DNA of 64,000 bases from the NCBI GenBank assembly GCA_051294905.1, contig CM119371.1, positions 5,396,001 through 5,460,000 on the forward strand, read 5' to 3'. Below, piece after piece: positions 39,241-53,944 of the stretch (positions within the stretch are counted from its first letter, which is position 1; the number at the start of each line of letters is the position of its first letter). The DNA comes from Botryllus schlosseri (Eukaryota). Position numbers and translations under genes: made by a program. The notes beneath the pieces were generated by a model that was not told the origin of the DNA, ran no database searches, and worked only from the letters and a program-made list of their open reading frames with translations.

Positions 39241-42200
39241 TAAAAAAGATATTATTTATCCAAGCGCTATATAGAGAACATTTGTCGTAATTTAACAGGA
39301 ATCGTGATATCCGTGTTCTGTTGTGTGATGTTCTTGCAGCCAGCCATTAGCAATAATGGCCCATTGCTAGCTCGGACTGGGAGTCGTCGCTATACTAGCA
39401 GTAACATACTTGTATGGAATCTGTGTCCTGTGCTCACACAATTCCCCGCCAGCGGCTTACTGTTATATTAGGCAAAACTTGCCGAGATTCCAGTCGGACT
39501 AACAGTAACAGAGATGTAGGCTACCCTGGGCTTCTAGTTCCAGTTCTAGTCTTCTAGTCAAGTCTTTGAACTACAAGTATGAATCAAGTCTGTTATGCAT
39601 AGTTTTAGACAATAAAACATTTTTATCAACTAGCCAGTAAAATGTTACCAAATGAGTTATTATTGATCAACCTTATTAGACCATATCAGTTTCAGTATCT
39701 GTTATTGCACGACATTACATTTTGCAGGCTGATTTGTGTTTTATTTCACGATAATGTAAGATCAAGTTGACAATCGCCAGAGTCGTGTGTGATGATTCTA
39801 CTGGGAAACGATACAAAGAGGTTGATTTCTTGGCAAAGGGGGGTTTGTGAAATGCTGTGAAATCACGGAAGTCCAAACAAAAGAAGATTTCGCTTGTAAA
39901 ATTGTGCCTAAGGTGAGTCATGTTTGTTGACGCAAGGAATCTATGTGACTATGTTGTATGCACCAATGCCATCTTTTGTTAACTGTGTCGAAAACAAGGA
40001 TTTGGTCTAAAGCTTGCAAGTTGTCATTCTCAAATCCAATCTAACACAATGAAGCAGACTTTCACTTGGGCACTATTGTGTTTGCAATGTCGTTAGATTC
40101 TACAATTCAGCTTCTAGTCAGAGTTCAAGACTAAGTCCGCCTAGGGCCACGTATTGAACAGCTCATGTAGAATTGCATTTTGGTTAGCTTTAGTGTTTCT
40201 CTTCATCCCAAGTCTGGGTTAAAGTGTAATAGTGTTTGAAGGGCTGAATAATTTTGTTGTTTCTGTCTATTTTCCCAACATGCCATATAACGCCACATTT
40301 GAATACAAATCAAATACATATTTATTGCAACTAGAACTACAACTCACTCAAGACTAGAACTGCTCCCTTTTCACAACACACAATTAGAGACGTGAACTGC
40401 TCACTAGAACTACTTACTTAAACAAAAACTTGCCCCTAGAACTAGAACTACTCACTTTATGAAATGTGCAACTAGAACTACTCTAAATACAGTTAGTCAG
40501 TTGACCGTCAACTAAATAGACTGGTAATTTTTACAACTCTAAATTTCAGGCACTGCTCTGTATGAGCATGAGAGAGACAAAATGTATCAAGAGATCAGTC
40601 TCCATCGCAGATTGAATCACAAACACGAAGTTGAATTTCACAGATCTTTCCACGACAAGGTTTCTGTCTACATTGTTCTTGAGTTGTGCAAAAGAAGGGT
40701 ACCGGTAAGCGATACAACTGTCATGTACGTCTAACTGCGGTGGTCGCAATTGCATCAGCTTTGTGAGGCTCATTACCTGGCAGACTTGGAAAACTAGATA
40801 ATTCTGGTTGTCTAATTAGACTAATTATGGCCAAATGCCAGTAATAAAAGAATATATAATTTGAGAAATGCATGTATGTTGGTATTTTAATATCATTTCT
40901 GGTTTACCTGACATATTACAGGAAAACTGTATACGTATAGTGGTAAACAAGCCAAACTTAGTGTAAATACAGTGTGGATATCTATAAACCTTGATTGGTC
41001 GTGTCACAGAATACGGAACATGTGTACAAAGCTACTCGCGTTACCCAACCCACAGTGTTGTCACAAAGTACAGTGAGATGGGTACGGTCGAAAACGACCA
41101 AGTTATCTTTAATCCATGTGATGTAGAACTGACATTATATTCTTGGTGGTCGCTTAAAAGGTGCATATTTGAACTCCGCAGAGCATTCATATTCATATGA
41201 CGTCTAAATGACTATCATTGAATACACGATTCGGAATTGAATACTCAGGCAGACCTATTCGACTTTCGCCAATTGACTTTGGCCGACCCCGCATAGCACA
41301 TTCTGAATCACATATTTCAAAAGTGCATTCAGTCAAAGACTTCATTGTATTCATCGAGATTGTCAACTTAATGCTATAATGGAAGCTTCTTTTAGATATT
41401 AGGCTATCAACAAATAATATTTTTGATTTCCTTCTAGCAATCCAATTGTCTTTGTATTTTATTGTCAGTCGCTGATGGAAGTTTACAAAAGAAGCCGCGT
41501 CATCACAGAACCAGAGACCCGTTATTACATGCAACAGATTCTGCTTGCAGTGGTTTATCTTCACGATTCTGAGATCATTCACACGGATATCAAGGTAACC
41601 TTGCTTGCAGTACTACGTTGCACTAGGTCAGAGGGGGTCAAAACCAATGGACTTCTTGTTTTTCACAGCACTCAAGACATGGGCAACTAGTTATTACTAA
41701 TTATACTGATTAGAGCGAATGCCTGTAATCTCAATTCGAAGCCAATTATGGTTTTCCTGCAATCGATACAGGTGAAGTGTATACGGTAGTGTGAAACAAG
41801 CCAAGCTTGTTATACAGACATTTGCCATTCTTGTGTTTATGAGAATGAATAGTGATCTAATATTATTCGAACTCCATTCAATGTCCAAGGTTTGGCGAAT
41901 TCAGCAATTCTATTTCAAATCATTTTGAAAAATCTGTGCAGCCACCATTCTAATTATAGTGTAATTTGGAGAAAAACTGTTTGGAAATAACTGTCTAGAT
42001 ATCATTATAAAATACTCTAACATGGAAAAAACTTTGTATCTGTAATGCTAAACCTAGTCCAATTTAAAAAATCTGAAAATTTTCCAGTTTTCCAAGTCTG
42101 CAAATACGTTTATCCTGATACTTGAATTCCTTCCTTACTATTTCAAATCCTAATTTGTATTATAGGTTGAAATCCACAAATCCTATTCCCAAAAATATTT

Positions 42201-43652
42201 ATAAAAGTGCGAGTTACTATCTGTGATTTGATTACCATTTGTGATTTTATCACCAGAATATTGGCAAGCAACCCGTCTCAATGAGCGTTTGTAAATGAAG
42301 TGCTGGCGAGCGAGTCTTTCAACCATTCAACGGCTACATCCTACATTCCTCAGAAAATGCCCAAAGGCTGCTAGACCATGGCGCCTAGAATTTCGGAAAG
42401 CCAACTGCTGCAAAGGCATTCTCTGCAGAGTTTCAACAGTGAGTTTTTTCATAGGTCTTGGCAAAATCAAGTTCCTGATTTGATTCGATTCTGAATTGAG
42501 TAAAAATCATCGAGTCGTATACTTGAGTCTCATTCATCATAACTAGAGCCCGATGGATATCATAGTTTTGAGCGAATAATAATAAGTAGCACCTTCACCG
42601 TTAACTCCGAAATATTCCACCGATATCGAAATAATATGGCAACTAGCTTAACACATATTTCCCTACCTTCAGAGCATTTATTTGAACTTTACATCTGAAC
42701 GCCTGTAAGCAGAGTCGGTCCGTAGCAATAGTGCTTCTACTTTTATGGACTACTCAAGTGGGTTTTGCCCCCCCCTCCCCGGGCCTTAACCATTATTAGT
42801 ACTGATGACTCTGAGACTGTTGCAACAACATCACACAGGGGAAAACCGTTATCATGATTCACGACAAACGATCGGCAACTAAAATATTTTACATACGCTG
42901 CCAGAACCAGAACTACTCACTTTTTAAAATCTGCAACTAAAGCTGGTATCTGAATTTCAGGCATTGCTTGTGAAGCAGCATGAGAAAGACAAATGTGTCG
43001 AGAGATCAGTTTCCGTCAAAGTATGAATCACAAACACCGTTGGATTTCACAGATTCTTCAAAGACAAAGATTTTGTCTACGTCGTTCTTGAGTATCTAGT
43101 GCAGAAGAAGGGAAAAACCATTTCCTCATTATAAACGTAATGTAGGCCTACCTCTAACTGTGCCGGTCGAAGATGCATTAGATCAGTAATGTTCATGACC
43201 AGCAGACTTTGACAACCAGATCATTATTGTTGTATACCGTAATAGATTAGGCTAAATAGGGCGAAGTACTTGTGATGTAATTCAAATCTAATTATTCAAC
43301 TAATTCTACATATGTAGTGTGAAACGAGTCAAGATTGGTGAACTATTCTCATGCTTATGATAATCAAGTCCGATTTGACATGAACTGAACTTGGTTTCTT
43401 TTCCCAACTAGGTAATTAAATTCAAATCTTATTTGGATGAATGTGTTCAATATATGTCCAATTTACTTTGGATCATATGATCATTTTTTACTGACACAAC
43501 TATGATCACTAGGGCTGGTCACAATGATGTGATGACTCAAATCTGAATCGAGTATCAATTCTAATCATTTGAGTCGAGTAGTAGGAACTGATTGTTTCGC
43601 GTACGGTACTGACAATATACGCTCCCTGCCACAAAAGGGAAAAATTATATTC

Positions 43653-44036
43653 TAGGGCAAGTTTTTGTTGCTGTTAAATCCCTGGAAAGTTACATTTATT
43701 TTTGAAAAAAGTTGCCGAAGTTGCATTTTGACAACATTTTGCTTGGTTGACTAAAAAAAGAGGTCAACTTCCCAGATTGACTAAAAAAGGGTCAATTTTC
43801 CGGCTAAGCTCCCGAAATACCCGTAAAAGCGTTACTTCGGTGCTGATTTACGGTGTTTCAGTCGGATTTGGTCGTTTATTTCACCAAAATCGAAAATACT
43901 TTCATGAAAAATCGAGAAAGTTGCATTGTGAGATTCCTTCAAACAGCTTAAAACAGCATTCTACATATCTTACGACTATTTAGGAAGCTGCCGGAAGCTG
44001 TAAAAAAAGTTGCAAAAGTTGCAAAAACTTGCCGTA
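43653..44036. mobile_element. MITE inserted only in the right arm
   Basis: TAGGGCAAGTTTTTG / CAAAAACTTGCCGTA, degenerate TATATT-containing TSD; absent at the mirror site near 23960-23980. Confidence 0.7.
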
Positions 44037-45159
44037 TATATTACCAATAAGCTGAACTGAACCAATGGGAATTATAATTCCGATAATATTTCTCACTTTG
44101 AAAAGCGGTAAACCTCGATTGGTCGTATTGCAGCATACAAAACATTGTAGTACAAAGCTACTCACATTACTGAAAATGACATTTCTGTGAAGTCGTGATC
44201 AACCAAAAGCATTGTCACATAGTGCGATGAAATAGGTAAGGTCATAATACTGCCAAATAATCTTTATAATGTGACTAGAATCGGCATTATATTCTTTGTG
44301 ATGTTGCTATGACGTTAAATGAGTGGCTCAAACTCATTACTCGATTCATAATCTAATCACTCAGGTCCTCTATTTTGGCCAGCCCTATTTATATTACGTT
44401 CAGTATCAAAAAGCAAATATTAAATGAAATTTATAGATTGGAAGGTTCACCGCTCTGCAAAAACTGTTATTGAATTTGACCGTCCATCTAACTGAAAAAG
44501 GTTGACAACCACTGATTTAGGTGTGTCCAACAAATAATATTGTTTTTCTCATTCTAGCAAACCAATTACCTTATATTTTTGTTGTCAGTCGCTGATGGAA
44601 GTTTACAGAAGAAGGTGCGCCATCACAGAACCGGAGACTCGTTATCACACAACACATTCTACTAGGTGTTGTTTATCGTCACGATTGTAAAATCATTCAC
44701 AGAGCTATCAAGGTAACATTGTATGCAGTAGTGCATTCATAAATATTATGTCAAAATTATGTCAAAACCAGAGCCGACTGATAATTGGTTTGCCAATTTA
44801 GGGATAAAATAATGCCCATTATGTAGGCTACCAATAACGTAAAGTGATTGTTGGCGCTACAAGCTCTCTGAAGTGTACTCGTACAAACTACTGGATTTTC
44901 ATCATGTGCAAGAATAAATAGAATTGCTCACTTTTCCAAATTCTCTGCTAGAACCAACGAGCATTGAAAATCTGCTTCTAACTAACTACTACACAACTCG
45001 CTCATGATTGTTTAGTGACAGAATAACCAACGAGCTAAGAAATATCGGAGATAGAATTGGCATCTCAAACTGACGAGGTTTCGAGTTTGAAACGGGAGTG
45101 GTTTCGACCCCCAATACTCAACCAGGCCTATAATACTGTTTGACGTGGTGACTCTGAGC

Positions 45160-45643
45160 CAGGGTTGTAATGACTCGAGTCATGACTCAACTCGAGTCAA
45201 ACTCAAGTCGCGTTTTTTTGGTGACTCGACTTGACTCGTGTGAGTTGTTCAAATGAGTGAAATGACTTGACTCATGACTAGGACTGTCACTGTAACTCCG
45301 TGGTATAGTAAAGTCACCACATAATTGGTATTTCATATAGCAGTCCTGATACTTGAAAATAGGGCCAGAAACTGTTGAACTGAGGAAAATAACCATATTA
45401 TGAATGCCAGCCATTCTATATCTCTCGAGGAGAGTTGAAAAAGTGAACGCGATTTTACTGATAACTGAACCGTGAACATGATGACTTGGACTCGGACTCG
45501 AGTCAAAACACTATGATTTATACTCGGCTCTCTACAGAGCTGACTTGGACTCGGACTTGACTCGGCGATGAATTGAAATGACTCGAAATGACTCGAGTCA
45601 AAACTATGGAAGTGAGATTGACTTGTGACTTGGTTACAACCCT
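45160..45643. mobile_element. GACTCGAGTC-rich hAT MITE (mirror of 22494-22908)
   Basis: CAGGGTTGTAA...TTACAACCCTG flanked by CTCTGAGC / CTCTGAGA. Confidence 0.8.
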
Positions 45644-48600
45644 GCTCTGAGATAGCAAAGGCTGCAATAATATCATGCAACAGTGTACTAAGTATCATGA
45701 CGACATACGTCTTCTAGTTGTCTACAGCTACATTTTTTTTAAATGCACAACTTGAAGTAGAACCATTCGCTATTCAAGATTCGAGATTCTACAACTAGAA
45801 CAACTATTATATTACGTAACTGAAACCAGAATTCCTCATAATGGCAGTAGTTAGTAGTTTGTTGGTAGTTTATACAAATCTGTATACCCGAGTAATTGAA
45901 TATAAAATTTGTATTGACAGCTTGGAATCTATTCGCTGAACAATATGGAGGTGAGGGTTGAAGATTTCGACGAGATGTCATTCTGGCTACCAGAGTCGGC
46001 CAAACAAAAAATAATTTTTGCCGCCCCCCAATTATATTGCTCCGCAAGTTATCGGAAAGAATGGGCACAGTTACGATGTGGAGACCTGATCGCTGAGCTG
46101 TGTTTTGTGAGTATATAAAAACATTCATTTGGAAATTTCTTAAAATGGATTCCTACGGGTATCAGTGGTTGAACTGGGAAGATTCGAGCAACTGAGTGAA
46201 TTGAATCTGAATCCCGTATTGGAAATTTGAGATGAGTTTTCGAGTATCACTCAATATGATGTCATAACACACCTATTTCATTGCATTTCGTGACAATGCT
46301 GTGTGTTGATCACATCTTCACCGAAATGTCATTTCCATTAGCTTGCATAGATTGGTGCCGCATGTTTTGTATGCTCTGACACGACCAATCGACATTTCAA
46401 GGCTTCCACAGTGGACAGTAGGGTTGTTCAAAAATTACGTTTTTTTTCGGATTCTAAGGATTCACAGGATTCACCGATTAAATTGTTAGGTTGTCTAAAA
46501 AGACTACACACCAAATTTGGCTCAATTTCAACCAGCCGAAGCCGCGGCAGAGCCAATTGAGTTTTTTTTTAAATCATTCAAAAAATAGTTGAAGTGCTTC
46601 TTGGAGGTACAGAACTTCAATATACATTTCAGCCAAATATATTCGGGTTCAAAACAATGAAAAAAATGTTTCAATTTTTGCTGGCAATCCCATGAAATTG
46701 TCATGTTGCCGAAAAGAATGAAGCACAACAATTTTGCTCACTCCCAACCAGTAGTAGTGAAGTAGTTGCAGTTGAAAATTTCGGATTTGCAAAAATAGCA
46801 TTCATGGTGGGTAATCCCAGAATGATTGATTGGGTAAAAAACTCAAATAACTTTGCTTCTATGGTTTGGAATTGCATCAAATTTCTTTGCATCGTTTTTT
46901 AGACAACTTAACAATTTCATGGGGTTGACAATTAAATTTAGAAAAAATTAATTTTATTTTTAATAAATTCAAAAAATGTTTTTGGCTCTGCCGTGACTTT
47001 GGCTGGTTGGAATTGAGTCAAATTTTGTGTGCAGCCTTTTTTAGGCGATCTTACAATTTAATCCGTGAATACGCGGAATATGAAAAAAGTTTTTTTGAAC
47101 AACCCGAGTGGGCAGTGCTGCCAATACTACAATTTTTTGTCGAGTATCAAGGATTGTATCATTTCGGTGCTTGAAAAATCATCTCTCATTACTCCACTTG
47201 AATCATTGTGCCCAGCCTTAAATATTGCATATTGCAGAGACTTCTAACGATATTATCAGCGAGGCTCGGCAAAATCCAGCATCTTGGTGATTGGATTAAG
47301 AAGGTAAGTATCAAGCGTCAAGTTAGGGTGTTCTTGTAGCCTGCATCCTGCCAACAAGCTGTGTGAATGCGAGTTCTTGTCTGGCTCCATACCGAGTATA
47401 TACTCTGTCTTTTTACGAGATCATAAAACCGTTCAATCCACATTTTAACCTAATATTGAGTTTGCGAAGAAAATGAATTTTTCCAGCCCCCGTCACAATG
47501 GCAGCGCTATTATTTCGAAGTTTTATCAACTTATTTCTTTACTTGACAAGTACTAATTATACAGAGACACGGAAGCACATATGTGACAAACAAGAGGCGA
47601 CCATCATCTGTAGTGATCAATCGTCGGACTTTCATGTGGCAGAATTGGATGCTCAGCTCATGAAATTGATGCATAACAATCCAACTTTGAAGTCTGCTAT
47701 AAATATGGGTTGGTATTTATGTAATCAGTAATTGATTTCATTTTGAATCAACTTCCCTCTTAGATGTAGGCCTACTTGTACAAAGCAGAGATTTTATGCC
47801 ATTCATGACTGTCCCGACAACTGAAGAATATCAAACATTCTCTGTGAAAATCAAGTTTGTCAAATGATATTGACACAAATCTGGCCGATATCTTGAAATC
47901 CATGCTAATCTCAAATGAGTCAAGTACTAGAGATATGATAGTTCCAAATTACGACTTTTGCTCGTATGTGACGTTGCCGAGAAGATTGTTTGCACTTGGG
48001 CTGTGCGGAATGAATCGGGTCGTATGCTTGAATCTGAATTGCGCATTATTTTTAATAATTCGAGTCGAATAGTGAGAAACGATCGGCTCCAACACTGAAA
48101 TCCTGCGCTCCTTGTCATTCAGAGTTGATTGATCAATGAAAATGATTGCTTCCATACTCTTGTCCACTGTGTAAAGCTGTAAACCTGCATTGGTCGTATC
48201 GTAACATACTTAACATGTGGCACGGGCATGCACGCATATTACTTGAAATGACATATCTATGAAGTCGTGATCAACAAACAGCATAGTCGCAAATTGCAAT
48301 AAAATAGGTGTGGTCAAAGTAATGCAAAATTGTATTTAATGTGATGTAGGACTGGCGTTATATTGGTTGTAGTTAGGCTGCATATTTGAACTTTCCACGT
48401 CATCAACACTGGTATGGCATCATAATAAGCTCTACTCGAACACTCGACTCGAAGCCTCGACTCTATATTACCCAGCCCTACTTATAACAAGTCAGATATC
48501 AAAGAGGCAGCATGAAATGAACTTTTGAATTGGGAAGCTTCATCGATTAAAAAAAATTTTGTCGAATTTTACGGGCCCGACAAGTCAAAAAAGTTGAGAA

Positions 48601-49165
48601 CCCATGATTTAGATGTTCCCAACAAATAATATTGTTGTTTTCATCCTGTCAATCGGATTACCTTTATTTTATGTTTCCAGTTGTTGTCTAGAAAAAAGAT
48701 GTGCCATCACCGGAGACTCGTTATTGCATGGGACAGATTCTGATTTTAGTCGTTATCTTCACGTTTGTAAGAGGTATCAAGGTAATAATTGTAGTGTAGT
48801 TGACTAGTAAAACTAATTCGAGCGAATGCCTGTAATCTAATTCTAATGTAGTTTGTCAAATTTTTCAATGCTTTCAATAATCTAATTTCTGGTTTTCCTG
48901 AAATTGCTAGAGTAGAAGTGCATCTCGTGAAACCAACCAAGTTTGCTGTACAGACATTTGCATTCTCGCGCTTATTAGAATAAACTCTGATTTGATATCA
49001 ACTGAACTTCATTCCATGTCCAAGTTTTGTAAATTCAGTAATTCTAATTCTAATCTAATTTTGAAAAATCTGTGTCGCTATCATTCTACACTGATTTAGA
49101 GAAAATCTATCTGGCTTTAACTCAAATTCAAATCTAATTCGTAAAAAACTGTGTAGCTGTCATTC

Positions 49166-49339
49166 AATGTTCCCTCTAAGCTGCGCACGTGCGCAAATTC
49201 GCAGTGATGAGACGGTCTCTGCGCACAGAAAATCTATGTTGTGCACAAAAAATCCGAAGTGATGACCTTTTGTTGTTAGTCGTTACGCAATATTGTCCAA
49301 AGGTCTGAGCAGACTCGTCAAAATGTAGAGGGAACATTG
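49166..49339. mobile_element. Small MITE (second copy 53174-53375)
   Basis: CAATGTTCCCTCTA ... TAGAGGGAACATTG; near-TSD CTGTCATT / CTATCATG; absent at the mirror site near 19365. Confidence 0.75.
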
Positions 49340-52086
49340 CTATCATGTAATTTTCTGATTTGGAAAAGCTGTCTATCTATAATTCTAATTCAACTCTAGT
49401 ATGGATAAAAAAAACTTGGCAGCTGTGATTTCATTCGTAATCAAATTTGGAAAAGCTGAAAATTTTCTAGTTGATCAAGTCTACAAATAGGTTTATCCTG
49501 ATACTTGAATCTCTTCCTATCGAACCACGGGAATAGGTAACTATTTCAAATCCAAATATTGATTGATATTATGGTTTTAAATCCACAAATCATGATTCCT
49601 GAACAATCTCATAAAAATATGAGCTACTAGTTGTGATTTTGTTAATATCTGTGATTTGTCACTAGAATGTTGGCATGCGACCGCTCTCAACGACCCTCTG
49701 TAAAGAAAGTGCTGCAGAGCGAGTATTTCAACGGCTACATTCCACAGAAACTGCCTACAACCTGCTTGACCTGACGTCCAGGTTGTCGTAAAGCCAACTA
49801 CAGCGAAGGCTTTATAAAGTATCTGCAGTAAGATTTTTTTCTAGCTCTTAGCAAATTAGACTTCGTGTTTGATTCGATTCTGAATCGAGTATCACGTTTC
49901 GAGTCTCATTTATTACAGCTAAAGCCAGACCGATATCATATTTTCAAGGCAATACTGATAAGTAGCACTTTCACTGATAACCACGATAGATTTGGCCGAT
50001 ATTGAAACAATATATGGCAACTAGCTTAAGGCACATTTCCAAACCTTCAGAGCGTGTATTTGAACAACTTTAGGGCCGTTGCTGGACTTGGACATGAAAC
50101 ATACTGGAAAGACTGCATCCGTATGAGGAGGCAGTCAGTAACAATAGGAGCCTACATCATTTATTCAGAATACTCGAGTAGGTTTTGCCGTATACTTGCA
50201 GTATTTCTCAAGTCACTCAATATGTACTGTACATGGCCATGATATGTAACAGTTCAGTTTTTCGGTAAAACTAGTTCTAGAATACTTGCTTTGAAATCAA
50301 TACTTCTGCTAATGCTTGAGTAGAAATCGCAAATAATAGTTTTCCCTGTTACCATGTCGTGACGTCACAAAAATTGCCGATATTATTACCTCTCATAGCC
50401 GATATAGTTCCAGCTCTACTATAGACTCGATATGACTGACCAAACGATATCATCGGCCTGGCTATAATTACAACTTATTTAAATAAACCTCATCTCCTGA
50501 CACTCATGAACTGTAAATATCTCCTGATTGTAAAATTCATCTCTAGACCTAGCTCTAAACACATTCGCATAGGGCCGCATACGGAACTGCTGAAATAGAA
50601 TGACCATTTTTGATTAGTTTTAGTGACTCAATTCTTCTCAAGTCCGGGTTAAAGATCCCTAATTAACCAACTAATATGCCTAACTGATGATACGAAATAC
50701 TGAACTTCATACACAAATAGAACTAGAACTACTCACTTTTCAAAATCCGCAACTGAATCTAGCACCCTGTATCTGAATTCCAGGCAGTGCTCGCGGATGA
50801 TCACCAGAAAGACAATATATCTCAAGAGATCATCTCCATCGCAGTTTGAATCACAAGCATGTCGTTGGATTTTTTGGATTCTTCCAAGAAAAGGTTTTTG
50901 TCGACATCGTTCTCGAGTTTGTGCTAAAAAAGGTAAAAGCATTTCCTTGTTGAAACTGTAATGTCTCTCAAACTGTGGAGGTCGCAATTGCATCAGCTAT
51001 TGCAGCTATTGTAATGTTCATTTCTGGCAGACGTTCACAACTAATTGATATCAAGTGTACTGAATTTGGGTGTATTACTTCTGCAAATTTAGTAATTCTT
51101 CTCTGATTTGTGAGAAAATTACTTAGCTGTAATTCTAATTCTAAGCACATTTGAAAAAGAACGGTAGCCATCATTTTAATCTAATTTGGAAAAATTTATC
51201 CAGCTGAGTACTCGGATCTGAATCGAGTATCAATTCTAGTGCTTCGAGTCGAGGTGTGAGCCATGAATTTTGTTTGAGTATACTGGAATGATACACTTTC
51301 TGCCACAAGAGTCAAAATGATTCCTAATAAACCAAGCTGAGAGTTGATTTACCAAAGATAATTATGGTTTCGACAGTATTTCTCACTGTGGAAGGCTGTA
51401 AACCTGAATTGGACGTACGCAGCATACGAAACATGTAGTACAAAGCTGCACTGGTTACTGGAAATCACAGCTGTGGAATCTTGATCAACCGACAGCATTG
51501 TCAAAAACTGCAATGAAATATCTGCTGTCCAAAAATTGCCAAATAATCTTTAATGGATGCAAAACTGGGATTGCACTCTTTGTGGTTGCATCAAAGGTCA
51601 TTATTTGAACTTTATACATCATTCACGATGTTCTCATGACATGATGAGGTTTACAGGAATACTCGATTTGACTCGAAGGCTAATACTGGGTTCAGTTTTA
51701 AATCAGTCTTGTATTCCATTTTGCACAGCCCTACGTATAATAAGTCAAATATCAAAATGGCAGCGTGATATGAAGTTTCTAACTTAGAACGTTCACCGAT
51801 ATGCAAAATTTGTTGTTGAATTTTCACCTGCACTCGAACTCAAAACGGTTGAGAACCACTGATTTAAATGTACCCAACAAATACTGCTGTTGATTTCATT
51901 CTATCAATCCGATTAGCTTTGGTATCTATTGACAGTGGTCGATGAATCTGGACAAAAAAAGACGCGTCATCACAGAAGCAGACTCGTTATTACATGCGAC
52001 AGATTCTGCTTGGAGTTGTTTACCTTCACGATCGTAAGATTATTCACAGAGATATCAAGGTAACATTGTTCGCGGTGGTTCTAGAC

Positions 52087-53944
52087 CAGTGGTTCTTAAC
52101 CTTTTTTCCTCCAGCGCCCCCTTTCAAAAATTATCGTGCTCCAGCGCCCCCCAACTTCATATTGTAAGGAATGTAATAAAGACAATGAGTAAGAGGGAGG
52201 GCCGTAACAGCACTTCGTCCACCCCCCTAAAAACGATTGCCTTGCGCACCCATAACGTGATAAACCAAACTTCTGAGGACTTCGCCCCCAAGAACCCCAT
52301 AGCGTGATTTCGATGGTCAGCAAAGTTTGTGTGGCCTGGTCGCCCTAGGTACCAAAATTTTCTATAATGCATGAATGGATAGGTGGTATTTACATATATA
52401 AGTCGCTATAAACTTTTTATCCTCTCAGCCCACGTAATCAGATTTACCAGTAGCGCTGAGTGAGCTGTTGTATAGGAAAATAAAGGGCACGTAATTAATA
52501 AATAAACATATTCGGGCGTGCCCGTAGGTACAATTAATTCGTTACCAGGGCCGTAACAGCACTTCGTCAGCCCCCTCCCCCAAAACAAAAAACGTTGGTC
52601 TTAGAACCCCATCGGGTGATAAACCAAACTTCCGGGGGGCTTCGCCCCGAGACCCCCATTCGGCTGTCCGCTATTTGCTGATACTAGTCATCTACATTTG
52701 CCTATTCTCACCTAAACGCGCGAAGCGCGAATAATTTCACTAATTAATGATCGAACTGGTCAATATGATCGGGAATTGCATGTATATTGAGATCAATTTT
52801 ATCCTCTCTCTGCTCACGTAAACAGCCCGGTAAAGCTGAGTGATGTGTGATTGAAAAGGTAGGAAGCCTCAATAATAATTATACATCTTCGGGCGTATAC
52901 CCGTTGGCAGGAACGAAACGGCACTTCGTCAGGCCCCCAAAAAAACTTGGGTCTTGGGCTCCCATAGGGTGATAAACCGACCGCCCCCCATCACGTTGTT
53001 CGCTTTTGACACGGAATAGCTGTACTGTTTAGCGAGCCAGTGCGAAGCGCGAAAACTTTCGATTATTTATGCTAAAATCGGTCAGTAAGATCCGGGATTG
53101 CATTTATATTGCTATCAATTTCTTGTCCTCTCTGCTCACGTTACCAGATTTACCGGTAGAGCTGAGTGAGGTGCAATGTTCCCTCTAAGCTGCGCACGTG
53201 CGCAGTGCTGACACGGTCTCTGCGCTGACACGGTCTTTGCGCACAGAAAATCTACGTTGCGCACAACAAATCCGAAGTATTACCTTTTTTAGTCGATATA
53301 CGCACTGTTGTCCAGGGGTCAGCACAGTGAGTTGTTGAGTGTGCGCAGACTCATCAAAACTTAAAGCGAACATTGTGAGGCTTCATGGAAACTGTAGGGC
53401 CCGTTACTAATAATTAAACATATTCGGGCGGGCGAACCCGTTGGTATGACTTCGTTGCATGATGTTATTTCGTGACCCCCTGTCTGCAATATCAAAAAAT
53501 ATAGAATCGCTCAACGGGGATATCGCCCAACAGGAATATCACTGTCGCCCAATCGTACTAAACTAAAAGACGCACACGATTTCAGATTGGTATTTCTTCA
53601 CTGACATATAATTTTTCCCTGCCAGATGGAATTCGTCTTCTGGGGTTCAGATTGCCAAGACAGGAACATTCGGTCTCAGTCATTCAGGCGCCCGTGGACA
53701 ATTAAACCTATATGTATTTTGAAGGCTATATGTAACGAAGTTTTCGGTGTTAATTTGCTCTGAATACTCATTAAGGATATGTCCTATCACCACATCATCT
53801 ACTGCGAAGCCATTTTTCTCCAGCGCCCCCCATACCGCCCCCCTGAGCCCAGCGCCCCCCATATCGCCCCCTGAGCGTTTCCGCCCCCCTTCAAAATCGC
53901 CAGCGCCCCCTGGGGGGCGCTGGGGGCAAGGTTAAGAACCACTG
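52087..53944. mobile_element. hAT (Charlie-like) element with internal repeats of about 350 bp and a nested MITE
   Basis: TIRs CAGTGGTTCTTAACC / GGTTAAGAACCACTG, AGCGCCCCC subterminal repeats, TSD TTCTAGAC; empty mirror site at about 14391-14410. Confidence 0.9.
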
